Shown piece after piece: positions 48,186-59,959 of a DNA stretch of 64,000 nucleotides. Both the position numbers and the translations under genes were made by a program. This DNA is from Scyliorhinus canicula (Eukaryota): the NCBI RefSeq assembly GCF_902713615.1, contig NW_024055744.1, positions 346,593 to 410,592 of the forward strand, read 5' to 3'. The notes beneath the pieces are model-generated. The model made no database searches and was not told where the DNA came from. It saw only the letters and a list, made by a program, of their open reading frames with translations. Within the stretch, counting starts at the first letter, position 1. Each line of letters begins with the position of its first letter.

Positions 48186-49199
48186 TTCTGGAAATCCAGA
48201 TAAAGCACATCTACAGGTTCCCCTTTATTGACATCCCTTGTTACTTCCTCAGAGAACCTTGATAAATTAGTCAATCACGATGACTCCCTGAACCCATTTT
48301 GAAACACTGTCTAAAAGAAAATTTAAATCTCCTCTACCCCTCTGGCTCCTTTGCCAATTACCTTAGAGGGACTCTGTATCTGTTAAAGAGCCTGTCAACC
48401 CCTCTCACCCACTTTCTCAAAAGTGAACAAATTTAATCTGGAACAGTCCAACAAATTCAAATATTTTCTTTTTAAAAGTTTATTGATGAAATGGAACATG
48501 GTTAAAAAAACTAACGGAAAATTACTTGAGGATCAAAGACAACCCGAGTAACAGGATGTTCATAACGTTCTGGTCCAAATGGTTTCCCTTCAGCTCCTCT
48601 GTACCCTGTTCCCATGACTCCCCGCTTTGGACACTGGGGCACTGAACCCTGGGGGTCAAATCACCATCTGCCTGGTCACCCCCCCTCGCCCCTGAACCCT
48701 GATTGGTTGGAGGTGCAGTTCCCAGTCAGGCCTCCAGCACCTTCCTGTCTCTATTAGCGACGCCCATGGCAGTTTCCCAATTGGGGAACAGGCCCCGTTA
48801 TTCTCAGCTAAATTCAGCCCTCAGCTCCATCACCTCGCTGTCAGTGACATGAGCAATAGAGACAGAAAGGTGCCCGAGGCTCAAATAGGAAATCAAAACT
48901 TGTGGATTTAGACTCCAATAAAGGTCAGCAACTTCTTCGAAAAAATCAAATTCCCAGTCAACAAATTATAGGATCACACGGCGGGACTTCAAGTTTTATG
49001 ATTTTCATGCAACAAACAAACAAACTAGAAGCTACTTTAACTCGGAAACCTACACATTAAACTATAAACTAGAACTTTGCCCTTTTGCACAATCTAAAAT
49101 CACACTCCACGATTATAGTTACTCTGCCCTATAGGTCGAAACTTAATTGTCTCAGAACCTGTCAAAAGTGATGATTCATTCCTGAGGATTTATGTCCTT

Positions 49200-49860
49200 T
49201 CTTCGACCAAGACCCCGAGAAACAAAGGGAGAATAGAATAGAATGTGAACGAGCAAAATACATAAAAATGGACTGCAAAAGTTTCTATGGCTACGTAAAA
49301 AGGAAACGCTTGGCTCAGACAAAGGTTTGTCCATTCCAGATAGAGTCAGGAGAATTTAGAATGAGGAATAGAGATCTCTACAGCCACCTCGTTCAACACT
49401 CTGGGATGTAGATCATCAGCTTTTGGGGATTTATTAACTTTCAAGCCCATTAATTTCTCCAGTACTACTTTTTCACCAATACTAATCTCTGCCAGTCCCT
49501 TGGCTCTCTGTTGTTTTGGGGACAATTTCTGTATCTTCCTCTGTGAAGACAGACACACATTGTTTAGTTTCTCTGCCATTTCCTTACTCCGCATTATAAA
49601 CTCTCCTGTCTCTGTCTGGAATGGAGCCACATTGGTCTTTGCTAATCTTTTCCTTTTCACATTCCTGTAGAAGCTTTTCCAGTTGGTTTTTATGTTTCTC
49701 GCCAGTTTGCTCTCATCAGTTTCTTGGTCCTCTTTGCTGAATTCTAATGGATCTCATGGAATCTTTTAACTTTTCTTGTTAGCCACGGTTCCATCACTTT
49801 TCCTGTTGGATTTTTGTTCCTTAAAGGAATCTATATTTGTTGTATGTGAAATAAAAGTCC
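49200..49860. mobile_element. CR1 fragments in both orientations
   Basis: KRKRLAKTNVAP present on - strand with a short + strand copy before it. Confidence 0.7.
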
Positions 49861-49889
49861 AAAAATCCCAGAGGACCATAGATTGCTCT

Positions 49890-50070
49890 CCCCTTTGACA
49901 GAGAGAGAGCTGACTGGAGGTGATTTAACCCGAGGGTCAGCACACCTCAGGCGAGGGGCCTGGCTGAGAAGGCCGGGCCTTCATGAATAAACTCAGCCAG
50001 TATGGGAGTTGAAGCCCCACTGTTGGCCTTGAACCAGCCGTCCAGCCAACTGAGCTAACCGACCCCTGTT
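49890..50070 (-). mobile_element. tRNA-derived SINE of a separate family
   Basis: - strand gggtcggttagctcagttggctgg head; body cccctcgcctgaggtgtg...cagtcagctctc also found at 55265-55335. Confidence 0.7.
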
Positions 50071-50539
50071 AAATATGTAATAATTCCTTAACCATTAGCT
50101 AGTCCCTGTACCAATCAGTTTCCCAGTCCATCTCAGACAACTTGCCCCTCATACCCGGATAGTTTTCTTCTGTGAGGGACATCCAGATAAATTAAACAAA
50201 GGAACCATGTAACCACGAGGGCCCATCTCCATGGCAATATGGCTTGGGGGGGGGGGGGGGGGGTTCCAAACAGAAATGGAAACGAAATATCTTCTAACTT
50301 CCAAACCCCCTTTCACTTTGTGATCCTTGTGCAATTTGAAGCCAGGTATTAGCAACAAGGCTCAAAGAGCATCAGCCCACTGGAGGCAAAGTGGTGAGAC
50401 CGGCCAGTCCAGCAGAAAGAAACCCTCCGACCATCCCCACTGACCACCTGTCAGAATGAACAAAATGCAGTCCTGGGTGTAGAGCAGAAACAATAACAGC
50501 AGAATCCAACCCCTGTAATCGATTGTGAAATTGTTGGTG

Positions 50540-51610
50540 TCACAGGAGGTGCGATGAAGCACGCAAACCCGTCTCACATTGAGGGGTGGACAGCGTCTCC
50601 TCAGTGTGAACTTGCTGGTGTCTCCGCAGGGTGGATAAACGAGTAAATCCTTTCCCACACTGGGAGCAGGTGAATGGCCTCTCCCCAGTGTGAACTCGCT
50701 GGTGTGTCTGCAGGTGAGATAACTGAGTGAATCCCTTCCCACACGGAGAGCAGGTGAAAGGCCTCTCCCCAGAGTGGACTCGCTGATGTCTCCGCAGGGT
50801 GGATAACTGAGTAAATCCTTTCCCACACTTGGAGCAGGTGAATGGCCTCTCCCCAGTGTGAACTCGCTGATATCTCCGCAGGGTGGATAACTGAGTAAAT
50901 CCTTTCCCACACTGAGAGCAGGTGAATGGCCTCTCCCTAGTGTGAACTCGTTGGTGTATCTGCAGGTTGAATAAATTACTGAATCCCTTCCCACACTGAG
51001 AGCAGGTGAACAGTCTCTCCCCAGTGTGAACTCGCTGGTGTGTCTGCAGGCTGGATAACTGAGTGAATCCCTTCCCACACTGAGAGCAGGTGAATGGCCT
51101 TTCCCCAGTGTGAACTCGCTGATGCTTCCACAGGCCGGATAAATCACCAAATCTCTTCCCACACTGAGAGCAAGTGAACGGCCTCTCCCCAGTGTGAACT
51201 CGCTGGTGTGTCTGCAGGTTGAATAAATTACTGAATCCCTTCCCACACTGAGAGCAGGTGAACGGTCTCTCCCCAGTGTGAACTCGCTGGTGTGACTGCA
51301 GGTTGGATAACTGACTGAATCCCTTCCCACACTGGGAGCAGATGAACGCCCTTTCCCCAGTGTGAACCTGCTGATGCTTCCACAGGCCGGATGAATCACT
51401 GAATCCCTTCCCACACTGAGAGCAAGTGAAAGGCTTCTCCCCAGTGTGAACTCGCTGGTGTGTCTGCAGGCTGGATAACTGAGTGAATCCCTTCCCACAC
51501 CGAGAGCAGGTGAACGGTCTCTCCCCAGTGTGACTGCGTATATGGATCTCCACCTGAGATGGGGCTTGGAATCCCTTCCCACAGTCCTCACATTTCCACG
51601 GTTTCTTCAT
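50540..51610 (-). CDS. C2H2 zinc-finger protein, 12 fingers (finger 9 H>Y), 356 aa (ZNF-3)
   Basis: MKKPWKC start, TGERPF linkers; exon acceptor tttttacag| ending 51970. Confidence 0.88.
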   Translation of the reverse strand: MKKPWKCEDCGKGFQAPSQVEIHIRSHTGERPFTCSRCGKGFTQLSSLQTHQRVHTGEKPFTCSQCGKGFSDSSGLWKHQQVHTGERAFICSQCGKGFSQLSNLQSHQRVHTGERPFTCSQCGKGFSNLFNLQTHQRVHTGERPFTCSQCGKRFGDLSGLWKHQRVHTGERPFTCSQCGKGFTQLSSLQTHQRVHTGERLFTCSQCGKGFSNLFNLQIHQRVHTRERPFTCSQCGKGFTQLSTLRRYQRVHTGERPFTCSKCGKGFTQLSTLRRHQRVHSGERPFTCSPCGKGFTQLSHLQTHQRVHTGERPFTCSQCGKGFTRLSTLRRHQQVHTEETLSTPQCETGLRASSHLL

Positions 51611-52779
51611 GTTTTGGGTCTCCTCGTGTCTCTCCAGGCCGGATGATCAGTTGAAGCCTCATCCACACACACAACACGGGTACGGTCTTTACACGCTGTG
51701 AATAGTGTGATGTTTTTTCAGGCTGTGTAACTGGTTAAAGCTCTTTCCACAGTCAGTTCACTGAAACTCTCACTCGGGTGTGTGTTGTGTGGGTCTCGGT
51801 GTTTTTCCAGTCACACTGATGTTTAAAATCTTTAGCTGACAGTTTTGGTAAACATTTCACCTTCTTGATTCAAAGGCCAATGATATTCAGGTTCTAAGGA
51901 ATCGAGTGACTATCAGATCGAGACGTGACTTTTGAGATTTCTGTCTGTAATTCCTCCTTGTCCAATATCCTGTAAAAACAATTTACAAAATTCATCACTG
52001 TCAGTACAGGGTAGAAACAGACAATTCTAGTTTCTATGTCACATATATTCCTTTCTCTTATTCCACGAAAGCTGCAAATTTCCATCCCACACAGTCTCCC
52101 TCCATTCTCACTCTGCTGTATCTAATATTCACCCTCCCAATTCTCCCAAAGGTGCTGATTAATGTTGATTGATAGATCCAAACTCACAGCTTCCTGTCCA
52201 GGAGATCAGAACAAATATGAGCTGCAGTCAGCCATTCGGCCCATCAAACCTGAACCATTCAATGGGATCATTGGCCGATCTACCTCAGCAACATTTCACC
52301 ACACTATCCTCATGTCCCTTGACCTCTTGAATATCTAGAAACCTATCAGTCTGTGTCTTAAAAATACTTGATGACTAAATCTCCAGAATCCTCGGAGGTA
52401 GAGAATTCCAAACCTTCACCACATCCTCAAACAAAGAAATCCCTTCTCATCTCAGCTTTCTCTCCATTTACCTGCCAGTTCCCCATAACCCTCCACACCC
52501 TCAATCAGAAATCTGTCTGTGACTGGGATGGGGGGTGTCAGGCATGTGATACGGGTGCGGGAGTAGCTGCCTTACCACAGGTTCTGGTGCCACTCACCTA
52601 TAACCTGACAGTTATCCTGATTGCCTGGCACTCATCTACCTAATCCTTGCATTAATATTTGTTATCGTGTCCCTGGAAGACTCAGAGTTGGATTGGTAGG
52701 ATTATGCCGGAAAAAGTGAAGAAATCATCGATAAACAGCGCAGGTGGATTCAGCGGGAATGGAGCCGCCTTTTCAACAT

Positions 52780-53800
52780 GGCTGCCTGACCCTCAGGAGG
52801 TCTCTCAACCCCCCGCTCTCCGGGGCTCTCTGGGAGGCGGTGAAAATGATGACTGCCGACGTTATCCGTGGTTTTGACCAGAGGCTGAGTGTGCTGACTC
52901 AATATCTGTGAGCTCATGTGGCCCAGTTGCAAAACCCCATGAAGAGGCTCGATGATCCGGAGGAGAGAATCCTGAACATTCAGCAAGAAGCCTCCTTGAT
53001 GGAGGCAAGAATTCAATCCTTTGAAAACCAGCTGAGTGGCTGGCAGAGGTCCTGGAGGACCGAGGGTCAGAGAAAGAACATCTGAGCCGTTGGCCTGTCT
53101 GATGGTCATCACAGGATGTACAGCGCAGGAGGCCACTCGGCCCATTGAGTCTGAGCCTTGGAAACAGCACCCCACCCAAGCCCAAATCCCATCCCCGTAA
53201 CACAGTAACCCCACCTAACCTTTTATTTGGGCACTAAGGGAAATTTATCATGGCCAATTCACCTAACCTGCACATCTTAGGACTCTGGGAGGAAACCTAC
53301 GCAGACATGGGGAGAACGTGCAGATTCCAGACAGACAGTGACCCAAGCCAGGAATCGAACCTGGGACCTTGGAGCATTGGAGCAACTGTGATAACCACTG
53401 TGCTACCGTGCTGCCCATAAATGATGTTATTTTCTGCCCATTTAGTGTGGAGGGTAAGGCTCCCGTTAGGTTCTTCAAGGACCGACTGCCGCGTTTTCTC
53501 AAGCTGGATGTGAAGCCTGGGCGTTTCAAATTAGAAACGGTGCATCGGTCTGTGAGTCCGAGGGATAGTTTTCATCCAGGCCAGTAATAATTTGCTTCCA
53601 CAATTTGAAAGAAGGTCCTGGAGAGGGAACGACGAGGTAGCACCTGGCTCCAGGAAGGAGTGAGGATTTACGTGTTCCAGGACTTTTCGGCAGCAACACA
53701 AACGAATCGTCGAGGCTTCGATGAAGTTCAAAGGCAGCTCAAGGCTGCGGGCAGTGAATTACGACAGGCTTTATCCTGAGACCCGAAAAATGGTACCCAA
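52780..53800 (+). mobile_element. L1-clade ORF1p fragment, split by a SINE
   Basis: RLDDPEERI...QRKNI*AVGL, EGKAPVRFFKDRLP, KLETVHRS, FQDFSAATQ, LYPE resemble ORF1p coiled-coil/RRM/CTD. Confidence 0.7.
53107..53415 (-). mobile_element. V-SINE
   Basis: Head, shortened core, tail. Confidence 0.85.
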
Positions 53801-54328
53801 CAACTCTGTCAAGTCTTTCAATAATCCAACTATTGCCTTGGTCTTCATTAAATCCATGAAGGGCAACGATCTCGAGGGATGGTTTGCAGCTCGGGCTAAC
53901 TCAGGTCTAATCCAGACTCTTTCCCTGTCACGGTATTGTCTGAATTTCAGAATCACAGAAATACGCACAGGGACAGGAGTAGGCCATTCAGCCCTTCGAG
54001 TCTGTCCTACCATTTAGTGGGATCAGACTGATCAGTGACCTAACCCCATATCCATTAATATCTTTGCTCAACAAAACTCAGATTTAAACTTAACAACTGT
54101 TCCAGCTTCACCTGCTGTTTGTGGGAAAGAGTTCCAAACCTCTCCCACCCCGTGTGTGAAGAAGTTCTTCCTAACATCTCTCCTGAACGGTCCAGCCCTG
54201 ATTTTTAGACAATGATCCCTAGTTTTAGCATCTCCAACCAGTGGAAATAGTTGATCTTTATCTACCCTGTCTTTCCCTGTTAATATCTTAAATATTTCAA
54301 TTAGATCACACCTTAAATGTCCAAATTC

Positions 54329-54553
54329 GGGCAGCACGGTGGCCTAGTGGTTAGCACAACCGCCTCACGGCGCTGAGGTCCCAGGTTCGATCCCGGCTCT
54401 GGGTCACTGTCTGTGTGGAGTTTGCACATTCTCCCCGTGTCTGCGTGGGTTTCGCCCCCACAACCCAAAAATGTGCAGAGTAGGTGGATTGGCTATGCTA
54501 AATTGCCCCTTAATTGGAAAAAATAATTGGGTAATCTAAATTTATAAAAAAAA
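54329..54553 (+). mobile_element. Short V-SINE with poly(A) tail and perfect 14-bp TSD
   Basis: AAATGTCCAAATTC at 54315-54328 and 54554-54567; inserted in a - strand CR1. Confidence 0.92.
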
Positions 54554-54689
54554 AAATGTCCAAATTCTAGCAAAAACAGGACTAATTTGTGGTTAAAACT
54601 TTGGGTCAGAGCCGCTGCAATCTCTCCCTCGCCTCCCACAGCATCCTGGGACACAATTCGTCCAGAATTAGTAATCTAATAATCTTATG

Positions 54690-54965
54690 GGTGGTATGGT
54701 AGGTTAGCACCAGGGACCTGGATTTGATTCCGCACTTGGTTCACTGTCTGTGGGGAGTCTGTATGTTCTCTCTGTGTTTGCATGGGGTTTTTCCGGGTGC
54801 TCCAGTTTCCTCCCACAAGATGAGCTTGTTGGGTGAATTGGACATTCTGAATTCTCACTCTGTGTACCCGAACAGGCTCTAGAGTGTGGCGACTGGGGGA
54901 TTTTCAGCGTAACTTCATTGCTGTGTTAATGTAAACCTACTTGTGGCAATAATAAAGATTATTAT
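54690..54965 (+). mobile_element. V-SINE, alternative tail
   Basis: V-core plus tail aataataaagattatta. Confidence 0.8.
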
Positions 54966-55318
54966 GAATGGGCCAAAGGGCCTCTATCTGTGCTGTAAAG
55001 AGACGGAATGAAAAGAGAGGAAATGAATGAGAAGGACTTTACAGAGAAACTGGCAAAGCCCCAACATTCACCAGCTCTAAGGACACACCTTAGCTCCCTT
55101 TCCAATCTGAAAGCAGCCTGAGCTGGATTTACATTCCCCTTAATTCATCATTGCTGGGTGATAATCCTGTACTTCCTTACCTCACACCACTGTGACAGCA
55201 CCTTCACTACACAGACTGCAGCAACTGACCAAACATCACCGTCCCAGTTATTCCTGAAGGCACCGCCTTCCCAACCTGGCCCCTTGCCTGAGGTGTGGTG
55301 ATCCTCAGGTCACCTCAC

Positions 55319-55395
55319 CGCCGGTCAGCTCTCTGTCCCGGGACCAGGCCCAGCGTCACAGCCGCCATCTTGGGGAACCAGAGCGCATGCGCTGG
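55319..55395 (-). promoter_or_regulatory. Candidate promoter / first exon for ZNF-3
   Basis: NRF1 GCGCATGCGC at 55383-55392; YY1 AAGATGGCGGC at 55361-55371; donor CG|GTGAGG at 55318. Confidence 0.55.
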
Positions 55396-56439
55396 CATCT
55401 TGGTGACGCAACAGCTGGTGGGTGGGACCTGAAGGTTTCTGTTCCCAGCCGGGTCCTAGTGCCCTTAGATCGACAACTTTTCAACAGGTTTTTTAAATGT
55501 TTCACCCACTCTCAGGCTGAAGCTGATGTTTGCAGGCTGGAGGTGTCTCTGTATCGCGGATACATTCAGTGCGAGAGGCTGCAGCCTCTATATAGCTACC
55601 TGAAGGGGGTTATACAACGGGTGATTACATTTCGTGGTCGTTTCCTGTCCATTATCAGGATGTTTGTGTGCTTTTTCTGACCCTCAGCGTGATATTTCTT
55701 TATTTAAAATACATTTCAGCAGCAGGCTTACTGGTGATTTTTAAAGGAATAAAGGTTATTTATTTTCACAACCTTTCCCTGGATGTTTGAGCATCTAAGT
55801 CTCTCGGCTCTTTCACTCACTGACATACACAGAAATTAGGTACAGGTCAAGTTGAAGCTGTGATGATGAACATGGAAAGTAGACTGCAATCTTTACATCG
55901 CTGCAGGTCTGTTATCCTCTTATTGAGGTGATTCTTTAGTTGGAGTGAAGGTTTTTAGACACAAATAATTCTCATGAGTCTCTGAAGCTTCTCATATGAC
56001 CATAAGACATAGGAGCAGAATTAGGCCATTTGGTCCATCGAGTCTGTTCCTCCATTCAATCATGGCTGATAAGCCTACTTGTGACAGTAAATATTATTAT
56101 TATGGAGGGGGCCTGGCAGCCGACTTCTGTTCCGTGGACTTGTCTATTCCCAGTGGCCCTGCAGAGGCAGCATGCGATATCCACCGGAATGTTTGACACC
56201 TTCCACACCAAGTGGATACCTCAGCGGACAGAGTGTTTCAGAGACACTGGGAACAATATTCTGGTTCAGTTAGGAAGGTTCCCTACACTTTTGTTGGGAC
56301 TTCCAGCTGATTTTGGTCTTTTATTTTGACTGGACCACATGCTTGGGGAAAGCAAGACAGGAAAGAAGGTTCGATATAAACTAGAATGATATGTTGTGAA
56401 TTTCTATCCCATTCTTAGTGAGCACAGTGATCATTTTTG

Positions 56440-56710
56440 TAAACTTCTTTTTCAGGCATTAGAACGGGAGGATTGGCAGCTGGGAAACTCGAACCAAATA
56501 TAACATCAAGATCTGACAGTCACTCAATTCATTAGGATCTAAATATCACAAACTGTCAATGTACTTGTCTGTTCTGACGGTGGGAAGACATTTCAAACAT
56601 CAGTGTGATTGGAAAAGCCCCGAGACTCACACACACCCGAGTGGGAGTGTTCCAGTGAACTGACTGTGGAAAGAGCTTTAACCAGTTACACAGCCTGAAA
56701 AATCATCTTG
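56440..56710 (+). pseudogene. Truncated ZNF terminal-exon head (inverted paralog of ZNF-3 5' part)
   Basis: cagtgaactgactgtggaaagagctttaaccagttacacagcctgaaaaa matches the reverse complement of ~51715-51765; cut off by a CR1 fragment at 56710. Confidence 0.75.
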
Positions 56711-57524
56711 TTTCCTCTTGTGGGACAGTCTGAGGGCATAATCTCAGAGTAAGGAGTCTCAAATTTAGGACAGAGACGAGGAAGCATTCTTCCATCGGAG
56801 GGCAGTGAATCTGTGGAATTCTTCAGCTGTGCAATCATTCTGTCTCTGGAGTTTACCATAAAAGGCAAAGGTGAAGGTGTCTTATCCCGGATGGGCCGCT
56901 TGGTGGCGCAGTCGCTCTTTCACTGAGGGGTTTTGAGTTCAGACATTACAGACAGGACAGGTGAGAAATTTCTGTCTGGGAAAGGGGAGACAACTGTATA
57001 ATCGGCGAAAAGGATCAGTGCCGATGGACCTGAGAGAAAGGAGTTCAGATTAGTCTTATTTTTTCATTTTTGATTCAATATTTATTAAAATTTCAGCGAA
57101 AATATTACACAAAAGTTTATTTTGATGTTTACAAAAGGGAACATAACGATTGAGGGTCACAGTGAGAACAGAACACATGCCCTCTGAGCTGCCAAATGTA
57201 TGTACAACTGTAACAGACACAAGAGAGAACAGGAGCTCAACATAAAGGGAAGGCAACAGTTGCATGAGGAACGAGATAAGTTACTTATTTAGACATGACA
57301 TTGAGGGAAATTATTAATTACAATTACATTACAGCCAAAATTATCTCGTACATTTTAAACTGAAAAGCAGAAATACTGTCCATGATTGTCTCAGTTACAG
57401 ATGCAGAATAATAAACTGAGATAATTTTACTGTTAGAGTCACCAAGAGGAGATATTGTATTTCTGTCACACACAGATCATAATAAACAGCTGAGGAAAAT
57501 CTACAGCGTCCGAACGTCAACCGA

Positions 57525-57533
57525 TCACTTGAT
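57525..57533 (-). CDS. ighm: IgM heavy chain TM2 exon (IK*)
   Basis: ttttacag|ATC AAG TGA; AATAAA at 57116-57121 and 57081-57086. Confidence 0.85.
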   Translation of the reverse strand: MK

Positions 57534-57671
57534 CTGTAAAAGAGAAATAAAATAATGAAGCAGATGTTTATGATCTGGGACATTGATGTTAGAGTTTTTA
57601 ATCAATCAAACATTTAGTGTTTTTAAACGACTTCTGTCAGTTTGAAGTGTGAGTGGATTGAATCTTCTCAC

Positions 57672-57799
57672 CTTCACCAGAGTGACTGCAGCGCTGTAGG
57701 AAATGCTCAGGAAGAACAGGGTGATGAATGTGGAAGCGGTTGTCCAGATGTTGCCGTTATCATCCTCATCGTCTTCAGTCCAGGTGTGGTCTGTGTTAT
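57672..57799 (-). CDS. ighm: IgM heavy chain TM1 exon
   Basis: DNTDHTWTEDDEDDNGNIWTTASTFITLFFLSISYSAAVTLVK (CART motif); tag| acceptor, AAG|GTGAGA donor; phase fits the CH4 internal donor. Confidence 0.95.
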
Positions 57800-57964
57800 C
57801 TACGGGAATAGAGCCGGATAAATATAATCAGATTGTTTGTTAATACACGTTTTGTTTTTAATATTCTCGTTTCATTTTCTCCCACTGCTAATTCATTCTT
57901 TAATATATTTGTCATTGCATATCTACTGTTGAGTTCATGACACTCAGAAATCGATCTCTATAAC

Positions 57965-58146
57965 TTTTTTCTTCCAATTAAGGGTCAAGTTAGCATGGCC
58001 AATCCACCTACCCTGCACATCTTTGGGTTGTGGGGGTGAGACCCACGGGTCACGGGGAAAGTCCACAGGGACCCAGGAGCGGGTTCAACCCCAGGTCCAT
58101 GGCGGCGTGAGGCAGCAGTGCTAACCACTATGCCACCGTGCCGCCC
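57965..58146 (-). mobile_element. Short V-SINE, degenerate
   Basis: Head and shortened core on - strand. Confidence 0.75.
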
Positions 58147-58539
58147 TTGCCTGACGTTTGTGTTTGTTCTTTATCTTTGTGTCTGTGTAGATGCGAAATT
58201 CGTGTTTTGCTTTACTCATCTTTTGTATGTCCCGATGTCTTTATAAGTGCCATTGTGTGTGTTCATGTGTCAATGAGTATTGATCTGTGTATTTGTGTGT
58301 CAGCGCCTGTATGTGAACTTTGTTTCTCTTCTGTCAATGTGTATAGCTGGGTGTTTTATTGTGTGTGTTTATGTGTTGAAATCTATGTTTATATATTAAT
58401 GTCTGTGTTAATATAAGTTTATACTTCCATGCCCAGTAATAAAAGTATTAATGTGTCTTTATACGTTCAACATGCATGTCAGTGTCTTAATGTTTCTGTC
58501 TGGATAAGTGTGTGTGTTTGTTGATGCGTGTATTTCATC

Positions 58540-58865
58540 ATAGAATCATCATTAAATATAATCCCTACTGTGCCGAACGAGGCCATTCGGCTCAATGAGT
58601 CTGCACCGACCCTCCGAAAGAGCACTCTGCCTGGACGCATGCCCCTGCCCTGTCCCCAGAACCTCGTAATCCCAACTAACGTTGTGGGCACTAAGGGGTA
58701 ATATAGCCTGGCCAATCCACCTAACCTGCACATCTTTGGACTGTGGGAGGAAACCGGAGCAGGCGGAGGAAACAGGAACAGACACTGGAGAACGTGGGAA
58801 CTCTACACAATCACCCAAGGATGGAATTGAACCCTGGTTTATGGTGCTGTGAGGCAGCAGTGCTA
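58540..58865 (-). mobile_element. V-SINE
   Basis: Head, V-core, tail. Confidence 0.8.
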
Positions 58866-59500
58866 TTTATGCGTTGATGGTTGTTTATAACTATCTATTG
58901 ATGTGTATTGATGACTATGTTTATTCATATGTGTTCGTGTTAGCGTGTGTACGAGTCAGCTAATATGTGTCTACGTGAGCCCATTAGTGTGTTAATGTGG
59001 ATTATTGTCTCTAAATGGAAATATTTCTGTCATCGTGAAATTCTGCTAATGTATATGTTATTGGTTACATTTGTGTTTAATATTCTTCAGTCAGCTTGCT
59101 TATCTGGTCTTATTGTTTGTGTATCTGTGTGGACATGTGGCTGTATGTGTCTGTTTGTGTACATTTGTGTACCCGCTTGTATGTGTGGATTTGTGTCTGT
59201 ATGTGCAAATGTGCACGTGTGTCTGTGAGTGCATAAACGTGTGCTTTTTTGTGTTTATGTGCATGTTTGCGAATTTTTGCGCACGTTTGCGTGTGTTTTG
59301 TGGCAAAATATGTTTGGTTCGTTGTGCCTGGGTGTTTGTTTATGCATGTGTTTCTATGTGTGTGTCTATGTGTGTGTTTGTGCCTACGTGTGAGCGTGTG
59401 TGTGTTTGTGGGTCTATGTGCATGTGTTTGTAGTGTTTGTGTCTGTTTATCTGTCTCTGTGTTTGTATTAGCTGCCTGTAGCTTTGCCACTTGTGGCTAT
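58860..59500. repeat. Degenerate TG-rich low-complexity region
   Basis: Imperfect (TG)n throughout; similar tract at 58140-58520. Confidence 0.85.
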
Positions 59501-59959
59501 TATTGATACCGATGTAGAATATGTTGAACTTTCTGCTTATAAATGAGTTTTGTGTGAGTTGCAAACTGACATCAGGTGACCTAATGCAAAAATACAAGGA
59601 GGTGCCTCAGGAGAGAACAGTGAAAACCCAGCGAGAATTCAATCACCAGTCTGGATTTGGATTCTGGGGAATCGGTCTCAGCATACGGATAAGAGGAACA
59701 AGAGTGGTAAAGGAATTCTGTTGCATAAATAGATATTTTAAGAACATCTTCATCATGATGGTCTTTTAAACCCTTCAGCCAGTAAGCTACATGCCGTCTT
59801 GTAATGTCAGTAACTGAGTTCTTTGTCCAGACAACCGTTTACTTCCAAACTCCCTGCTTGGGGACTGGGAAGATATTGAGTTAATAATCGCCCTCTCTCT
59901 GGTCAGCTCAGCAAATTGCCTTTGGGTTCTCCCTGCTGGAGGTGGAGATACAGAGAGTT

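Noticed and set aside
50362-51591. 409-aa alternative-frame ORF over ZNF-3 (and similar ORFs over ZNF-1/2)
   Set aside because: Shadow frames of the 84-nt finger repeat; no independent domain evidence
7908-51610. KRAB, SCAN or BTB effector domains for the ZNFs
   Set aside because: No such coding exon recognised in the window; absence elsewhere cannot be proven
54315-54567. L1-driven mobilisation of the short V-SINE (TT|AAA site, poly(A))
   Set aside because: Sister copies at 36098 and 41061 have T-rich tails and other target sites; one case is insufficient
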